Source: a virus. Taken from it: a stretch of 64,000 nt of DNA. The notes under the pieces were generated by a model that did no database searches, was not told the DNA's origin, and was given only the letters and a program-made list of their open reading frames with translations. Within the stretch, counting starts at the first letter, position 1. The number at the start of each line of letters is the position of its first letter. The stretch lies in IMG/VR virus record IMGVR_UViG_3300008262_003578. One strand, given 5' to 3'. This document shows, in pieces, positions 58,410 to 64,000 of the stretch. Both the position numbers and the translations under genes were made by a program.

Positions 58410-58973
58410 ATGAATTTAAGTGAAGATTTTATGTCAAATTTAAAAAGTGCTATACCTAAACAAATGAGTTCTGCGGGAGTTTTTAATTCAGGTGTTGAAG
58501 GTGGTAATATTGAAGCTATGAAAAGTATTAATACGTATAACCGTGAATTAAGTGAAGAACCCAACAATGGTGAAACTGATGAGGGAATGGGCGCGGCTTC
58601 TGCTGGTGGGTACTCAACACAACTGTTTAGTGCTACAAAGAAAGATATTGAGGACATCACTAAAGTTGAGGCGACTGAAGCAACTGGCTCTGTATCATCA
58701 GGGTCTTACTTAACCACCGCCGCTTGGGCTAAGTCAACAAAAAAGAAAGATTGGAGGGGTAAATCTAAAACTCAAATACCTGGAGGTAAGTTCGTTCAAG
58801 TTAAGAAAAAATGTAAAAAATTTCCTTATTGTAATCAAGGGGATATAAATGCTCTTAAATTAACTAATGAGGGTATTGTTGACAATGTGATTAAAAAACT
58901 TAGTGAGAAATATAATTTAAGTGAGTCGGTGATTAGAACTATTTTAAAAAATCATTTGAATCAAAATAAATAA
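58410..58973 (+). CDS. Hypothetical protein, possibly internal head protein
   Basis: Low-complexity acidic N-half, KCKKFPYCNQG motif, several LxE motifs. Confidence 0.65.
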   Translation: MNLSEDFMSNLKSAIPKQMSSAGVFNSGVEGGNIEAMKSINTYNRELSEEPNNGETDEGMGAASAGGYSTQLFSATKKDIEDITKVEATEATGSVSSGSYLTTAAWAKSTKKKDWRGKSKTQIPGGKFVQVKKKCKKFPYCNQGDINALKLTNEGIVDNVIKKLSEKYNLSESVIRTILKNHLNQNK

Positions 58974-59011
58974 ACCTGATTTTATAGGTATTTATAAAAA
59001 AAAACAAAACA

Positions 59012-60778
59012 ATGAAAAGAAGACTAAATGAAAGTTATATTAATTCTATCGTTAGTAAATTTTTAAATGAGAATTTAGAAGAAAGGGCTGACGAACTTAT
59101 GTCAAAAATAAAGACTAATGTTAACGAACTTGGAGGTATGGAAGACGACCATCCAAAGTTTGGTAAATTAAATTTTTCAAAAATGTCACGAGAAGAAATT
59201 GACGCATTAATGAATGATTATGTTGACTCTGATGAAGAAGAAGATGGAACAATGAGAGGTCGTTTCTTTGATGATGAAGATTCGGGTGACAACGAATGGA
59301 CTGAACTTGATATTGATTCCGATACAGAGTTGGATGAGGGATTTGATGACCCGTATATTCAAAAAGCAAGAGGTGGTAAAGATTATTCTTCAAGAGAGTT
59401 TAAAAAAATACCTAAAGGTAGAGATATTGATATGAGAAATTTAAGAGACGACTCAATAACACCTAGTAAATATTTGGGTAATAAAATGGATGATATTTCT
59501 GACTTATTTAAAAGAAATTTCCGTGATGATGACGATGATGACTATGATTACAATTTTGACGATGAAGATGGTGGTGATTTAGTGTCAGAAATGGAAAAAT
59601 CACTTTGTGAATGTGGTGGAAATATGTATGAAGGTGAATGTATGGAATGCGGTAAATCATATGGTATGATGGATGAAGACATTTATGATGTTGATGATTT
59701 AGACGATTCTAATGAATTTGACTACGTAGAAGAAGGTGTATTTGATGAAGAAGGTGATGAAGAATTTGATTACACTAGTGATGAGCCAAATGTTGGTGGA
59801 TGTAAAGCAGTTAACGATGTAATTCGTAATCAAGGAGGTAAAGTCACTGATTTAGATAAGGAACTTATGAAAAGATATGATTGTAAGTCAGAAATGACCG
59901 AGAGACTTCATGGTAGACAAAGAGTTTTGGACAAAAACAAAAATAATAAAATTGATGATGAGGACTTTAAAATGTTACAAGGTAAAAAATCTGAAACTAA
60001 AGAAGGTAAAAAGTTTCCTGATTTAAGTGGTGACGGTAAAGTAACTCGTAAAGATATTCTTTTAGGTCGTGGAGTTAAACTAGGTAAGAATGGTAAGAAA
60101 AGTAAGATTAAAGAATCTGTAAAACTTACTGAAGATGAAATGATTGAGTTAATTGAGAATATTATCAAAGAAGAAGAGAAGTTAAAAGTTATTGGTGGAA
60201 AACCTAAAGGTCTTACTAAGTATGAAGAAGTTCATAGAAAAGACGGTAAGGAAAATGATGAATATTTAAAATCGGTTGCTGCTAAAATGAAAGAATATTT
60301 GAAAGACGGTTCAAAAGGTGAGTATACTGAAAGTCCAAAACATTTCCCAAAAGGTAATGGACAGTTAGCCAAAATGGCCGCAAAGAAATATACAATGTCA
60401 GATGACGGTAAAGATTTTTTAAATAATTATATGAAACCAGGGATGGAAGATTTAGTACCTGAAGAAATTGAATATGATGAAGATTGGGTGTCCGATACAA
60501 TTGAAGGGTCCTCAAGAACAGGTAATTCGGATGAATATGCTAATGCTGAACAAACCGAGGTGAATAAAAATGTTAATAAGAAAAGAAAGGCTAAGAAATT
60601 TCACAAGGCGAAAGAAACGGCATATAGAAAATCTAGAGTCCCTGTTACTGACGGTACTGGTGAGAATTCAGGTTCAGGAATTCATATTAAAGAATCTGAT
60701 ACTAAAGAAAGTAAAGTATTAAACGAAGAGTTCAACAAGATTCAACACCTGATGAATTACGACAGAAAGACTCAATAA
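59012..60778 (+). CDS. Acidic putative head/core protein with Zn ribbon and two EF-hand/dockerin-like loops
   Basis: TATTTATA at 58989; CECGG...CMECG; DKNKNNKIDDED and DLSGDGKVTRKD loops. Confidence 0.65.
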   Translation: MKRRLNESYINSIVSKFLNENLEERADELMSKIKTNVNELGGMEDDHPKFGKLNFSKMSREEIDALMNDYVDSDEEEDGTMRGRFFDDEDSGDNEWTELDIDSDTELDEGFDDPYIQKARGGKDYSSREFKKIPKGRDIDMRNLRDDSITPSKYLGNKMDDISDLFKRNFRDDDDDDYDYNFDDEDGGDLVSEMEKSLCECGGNMYEGECMECGKSYGMMDEDIYDVDDLDDSNEFDYVEEGVFDEEGDEEFDYTSDEPNVGGCKAVNDVIRNQGGKVTDLDKELMKRYDCKSEMTERLHGRQRVLDKNKNNKIDDEDFKMLQGKKSETKEGKKFPDLSGDGKVTRKDILLGRGVKLGKNGKKSKIKESVKLTEDEMIELIENIIKEEEKLKVIGGKPKGLTKYEEVHRKDGKENDEYLKSVAAKMKEYLKDGSKGEYTESPKHFPKGNGQLAKMAAKKYTMSDDGKDFLNNYMKPGMEDLVPEEIEYDEDWVSDTIEGSSRTGNSDEYANAEQTEVNKNVNKKRKAKKFHKAKETAYRKSRVPVTDGTGENSGSGIHIKESDTKESKVLNEEFNKIQHLMNYDRKTQ

Positions 60779-60825
60779 TTTACATTAACACATATTTAAT
60801 TATTATTTCTCCATAGACGAACTCT

Positions 60826-61296
60826 ATGGAGAATTTTTTTAATTACCTAACAAAACCAATTGCCCACGAAGATGTTTTAGTGTGGTTTGAGGCTAATAAT
60901 ATTATATATGAAAAATTAGAACTCTTTTCTGATTTTTCATTATCACTTTATGAACTTATAAGAAAAACTTATTTGGGTGAAAGTGATGTTCCTGTTGACA
61001 CCAAAATAACTTTAAGTGATGAAGATAATCAAAAACATTTTGAATGGTGTTGGAAAAGAACATTGGATAACTTTGAAAAGGAAGGAATAAAATTCTCAAG
61101 TAGAGGTGAACATTATGATTATTTTAAATCATTCTTCTTTGAAGTTTTTTATAATCAAAAAGAAGAATATCTTAAAAATTCGGTGGGAGAATTTTTTGAT
61201 GACCTATTTAATATGGAAAAAGGGTTTACCAAGTCAGATTTAGATATGGTCTCAACAATGTATAAATTTTTAGACAAGAGTATTAAAAAATCTTGA
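60826..61296 (+). CDS. Hypothetical protein (156 aa)
   Basis: Clean ORF after TTTACA-N16-TATTAT (60779-60806). Confidence 0.75.
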   Translation: MENFFNYLTKPIAHEDVLVWFEANNIIYEKLELFSDFSLSLYELIRKTYLGESDVPVDTKITLSDEDNQKHFEWCWKRTLDNFEKEGIKFSSRGEHYDYFKSFFFEVFYNQKEEYLKNSVGEFFDDLFNMEKGFTKSDLDMVSTMYKFLDKSIKKS

Positions 61297-61364
61297 TTCT
61301 ATTTACAATGAGTCAAATAAAATTACATTTTACTTAAACAATAAAATTCATTAAATTATTTTAA

Positions 61365-61544
61365 ATGGAAACATTAGAACAAATTAAAACATTGACAGAA
61401 GAATTGTCAGTTAATGGTACTAAGTTTTTTAAAGGTGGTAACAAAAGTGCGGGAACTAGAACTCGTAAAATTGCTCAAGAGTTAAAAGATTTGTTACAAA
61501 CCCTTAGAAAAGAGGTATTAGAAGAAAGAAAAGGGACTGAGTAA
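61365..61544 (+). CDS. Histone H1-like protein, Hc1 family (59 aa; not in ORF track)
   Basis: METLEQIKTLTEELSVNGTKFFKGGNKSAGTRTRKIAQELKDLLQTLRKEVLEERKGTE; the GNKSAGTRxRK motif matches Bacteroidota Hc1; TAATG-coupled to the next gene. Confidence 0.85.
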   Translation: METLEQIKTLTEELSVNGTKFFKGGNKSAGTRTRKIAQELKDLLQTLRKEVLEERKGTE

Positions 61545-61732
61545 TGTACAATATTGAAAGTATATTTTTATTCGTATTTATATTTTCAGTCTTAACTGTG
61601 TTAAGGACAGTTTTTAGGTTTATAAGTACCCTATTACAAAATCAGCCCGAAAGGATTGCATTGAGTAATAGGGTTCTAATTTACCTAGGGTTATCAATGT
61701 CATACATTATAACATATTTAATTAAATCATAA
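61544..61732 (+). CDS. Small two-TM membrane protein
   Basis: Two hydrophobic helices; coupled to Hc1. Confidence 0.7.
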   Translation: MYNIESIFLFVFIFSVLTVLRTVFRFISTLLQNQPERIALSNRVLIYLGLSMSYIITYLIKS

Positions 61733-61733
61733 T

Positions 61734-62177
61734 ATGAGTTTATATAAAGAATTTTCAAGTCTTTTACCACATCTACAATCTGTAAGAAAATTAAAAGATT
61801 ATTTTAGTTTTGACGTATCATTTCCATTATCTTGGAAATTACCAAAAAAATATGTTGACGAAGATAGAGTAGTTGAACAGGAAAGTAAAACCGCAACACA
61901 TAGGTTTTTTTCTTTTGTATCTGAAATAAATGAACAAGATGTGGACAGAATTACCTCAAACATTAAAAATATTATTAAATATAACTTAGAGAGAGAAGAA
62001 AAAGAACGATTGTTTGAAAATAAGGTTAATGAGTTAAAAGGTATTTTTGAAAAACAAAATTTAAATAGTCTTAAAAATTTAAAGTTTCAGTTGAATTTAA
62101 ATAAAATTGAATTAGATGACGATGAAGAAGAAATCAAACCATCTGAAGTGGTTAGAGACACAGATGACAAAGGATAA
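61734..62177 (+). CDS. Hypothetical protein (147 aa)
   Basis: Clean ORF. Confidence 0.75.
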   Translation: MSLYKEFSSLLPHLQSVRKLKDYFSFDVSFPLSWKLPKKYVDEDRVVEQESKTATHRFFSFVSEINEQDVDRITSNIKNIIKYNLEREEKERLFENKVNELKGIFEKQNLNSLKNLKFQLNLNKIELDDDEEEIKPSEVVRDTDDKG

Positions 62178-62316
62178 GAAAGAGTTAGAGATTGATAAAA
62201 ATCAAATTATACAAAACATTAAAAAATTAAAAAAAGAGGATATTCTACCCAAAGTAGTTGTACCTAAAAAATTGACATTATGGCAGAAAATCAAGAGAGT
62301 ATTGATGGGATTATAG
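62164..62316 (+). CDS. Small basic protein (probable ATG at 62164)
   Basis: MTKDKKELEIDK...KKLTLWQKIKRVLMGL; overlaps both neighbours. Confidence 0.55.
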   Translation: MTKDKKELEIDKNQIIQNIKKLKKEDILPKVVVPKKLTLWQKIKRVLMGL

Positions 62317-62531
62317 AAAAATTAGCCATTATTGCCGATGCTTCAGATACTCTATTCCCAAATGGGAGGAAGGCGATTATCTTTGAACTTAAAATAGACG
62401 ACTTTAAGAAAGTACAGAAAAATTTTAGGGAGGTGGACCAATCCTTCAAGCAGTTTAAAATTGAAATATCTGGAACAGAATTCATCTTTTTGTTGGATGA
62501 GTTGTTGACTGACGAAAAAGATAAGATTTAG
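62280..62531 (+). CDS. Hypothetical protein (83 aa)
   Basis: Clean ORF, convergent with the next gene. Confidence 0.65.
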   Translation: MAENQESIDGIIEKLAIIADASDTLFPNGRKAIIFELKIDDFKKVQKNFREVDQSFKQFKIEISGTEFIFLLDELLTDEKDKI

Positions 62532-63120
62532 GGAATCCCTTCTCAGTCAGGATGTTATAGAGGTATTTCCTCTGATTAGTATCGTAATCTTTAATAAACA
62601 TACAATCCATTCTTTTTAATTCCAAAAAATAAGATAACATTGAGTCAATAAATCTTGATGAATCATCATCATTTTTGAAGGTGAATAATTTAAATACATC
62701 ATCATTTTGAACAATAATTTTGTTATTTAACTTGGAAACCATTTTAAGACCTGGCGAGTCTAAATATTTTTTAATAAATGTAGTGGTGTTTATTTTTTTC
62801 TTAGTGTTATAATCAAGGAAAAATTCATCAATATTATATGGGTTTATTTTAGTTATAATGTGTTCATTTTCATCTAACTCAACTTTTATTTGCCTACCAA
62901 TATTGTCTTTTATAAATAAAGAATTGATGTTATTAGATTTTGGCTCTAAAAGACCTAATTCATAATTGGATTCAAATCCGTTATCGTATTGTTTAGAAAA
63001 TATAATATTCTCACTTTTATCTATTAGTGTTTTATAAAAATTTTCGGCACGTTTAAATGTTTTAAATTTCTTTATTATTTTCTTTTTTACTTTATTTTTA
63101 AACAGAACAATCATGTACAT
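62482..63120 (-). CDS. Hypothetical protein (212 aa)
   Basis: Only long ORF in the interval; divergent from dnaJ. Confidence 0.75.
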   Translation of the reverse strand: MYMIVLFKNKVKKKIIKKFKTFKRAENFYKTLIDKSENIIFSKQYDNGFESNYELGLLEPKSNNINSLFIKDNIGRQIKVELDENEHIITKINPYNIDEFFLDYNTKKKINTTTFIKKYLDSPGLKMVSKLNNKIIVQNDDVFKLFTFKNDDDSSRFIDSMLSYFLELKRMDCMFIKDYDTNQRKYLYNILTEKGFPKSYLFRQSTTHPTKR

Positions 63121-63154
63121 ACATAAAAAATTAATATAATAGAAAAAAAAGGAA

Positions 63155-64000
63155 ATGGAGAATTTTTACGAGACATTAGGAGTTAAAGAAAGTGCAACTC
63201 AAGATGAAATTAAAAAAGCTTATAGAAAATTGGCCGTTAAACATCATCCTGATAAAGGTGGGTCTGAAGATACCTTTAAGAAAATATCTGAAGCTTATGA
63301 CACATTGGGTGATGAGAATAAAAGAAAACAATACGATAATCAAAAAAACAATCCATTTGGGGATATGGGTGGAGGATTTAACCCATTCTCAGATATGTTT
63401 AATATGTTTAATCAAGGATTTAGAAGAGGGGCTCCCGATAAAATATTACATGTTAATGTTGGAGTAATTGAATCGTTCCTTGGGAAGGATAAAGAAATTA
63501 CATATTCAAGAGAAGTAATGTGTAATACTTGTGAAGGGCGTGGAGGTGAAAAAACAAATTGTCCATCTTGTCAAGGGCAAGGTTTTTTTGATGTTAAAGT
63601 TGGTGGTAGTATGTTTAGTCAGGTTGTTAGACAAACTTGTAATAATTGTAAAGGGTCTGGTCAAGTTTATACCAGTGTTTGTCACGGTTGTAATGGTAAG
63701 ACAACAAAAACTAAAATGGAAAATATTAAAATTAAATTGCCACACGGAATTGATGAGTCACAGTTTTTAAAAATGCAAGGTAACGGGGATTACAGTAATG
63801 GTAGTTACGGTAATTTAGTTATGAAAATTAATATTATCCCTGAAGATAATTGGGAAAAATTAGGTAATGACCTTATATATAATAAATTTTATAATTACGA
63901 TGAATTAAACTCCGATTCAATTGAGATACCACATCCTAGCGGTCCTATATCATTAAATTTACCTAATGAGTTTAATACATCAATACCGTTGAGAGTTAAA
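63155..64000 (+). CDS. dnaJ: DnaJ/Hsp40 class A co-chaperone (3' partial; not in ORF track)
   Basis: FYETLGV...[19 protein letters not shown]-domain, G/F linker, four CxxCxG repeats (CNTCEG, CPSCQG, CNNCKG, CHGCNG); open to the window end. Confidence 0.95.
   Translation, partial: MENFYETLGVKESATQDEIKKAYRKLAVKHHPDKGGSEDTFKKISEAYDTLGDENKRKQYDNQKNNPFGDMGGGFNPFSDMFNMFNQGFRRGAPDKILHVNVGVIESFLGKDKEITYSREVMCNTCEGRGGEKTNCPSCQGQGFFDVKVGGSMFSQVVRQTCNNCKGSGQVYTSVCHGCNGKTTKTKMENIKIKLPHGIDESQFLKMQGNGDYSNGSYGNLVMKINIIPEDNWEKLGNDLIYNKFYNYDELNSDSIEIPHPSGPISLNLPNEFNTSIPLRVK

Noticed and set aside
707-63770. Short alternative-frame and antisense ORFs (60-150 aa) nested in long genes
   Set aside because: Fully contained in well-supported genes, lack motifs and start context, and are expected by chance.
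3-64000. Stop-codon reassignment, as in some jumbo phages
   Set aside because: Long genes are intact in code 11; TGA (8510, 17105, 47370, 58406) and TAG (53692, 62531) end genes at expected positions.
1-64000. tRNA, rRNA or structured ncRNA genes
   Set aside because: Intergenic gaps are short and AT-rich and are explained by promoters and terminators; no cloverleaf or TTCRA-type arms were recognised by eye.
1-64000. Eukaryotic giant virus or bacterial chromosome origin
   Set aside because: gp25/gp6 baseplate, gp32, UvsX, gp46/47 and sigma-70 in compact operons indicate a tailed phage despite the eukaryote-like GT and mucin features.

Overview
AT-rich, gene-dense segment of a large myovirus-type (jumbo) phage with a T4-like core. 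The host is probably Bacteroidota, inferred from a Bacteroidota-type primary sigma factor, an Hc1 histone-like protein, SprB-like repeats, a DUF6576-like domain, no Shine-Dalgarno sites and -33/-7-like promoters. In order: a 5'-truncated baseplate-hub/lysin-like protein; a replication block (gp32-like SSB, RecA/UvsX, 5'-3' exonuclease, DnaB-like helicase, NrdB, NrdA); a long baseplate/tail block (gp25, frameshifted gp6-like wedge, gp7-like, SprB-repeat proteins); a RuvC-like nuclease; a minus-strand adhesin cassette (1750-aa Thr/Pro mucin-like protein with P-domain and LamG, plus a PA14-like protein); primase, PD-(D/E)XK nuclease, SbcD/SbcC; sigma-70; a lysis-like module; acidic head/core-like proteins; Hc1; and a 3'-truncated DnaJ. 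The most striking observation is a glycosyltransferase (33595-34578) that matches, motif by motif, the plant peptidyl-Ser/Hyp O-glycosyltransferases (GT96 SGT1/GT95 HPAT). It sits among virion genes carrying poly-Thr and Thr-Pro mucin-like tracts, suggesting a phage-encoded virion O-glycosylation system. No tRNA, rRNA, CRISPR array, intron or intein was seen. All family assignments are from motif recognition by eye; no searches were run.
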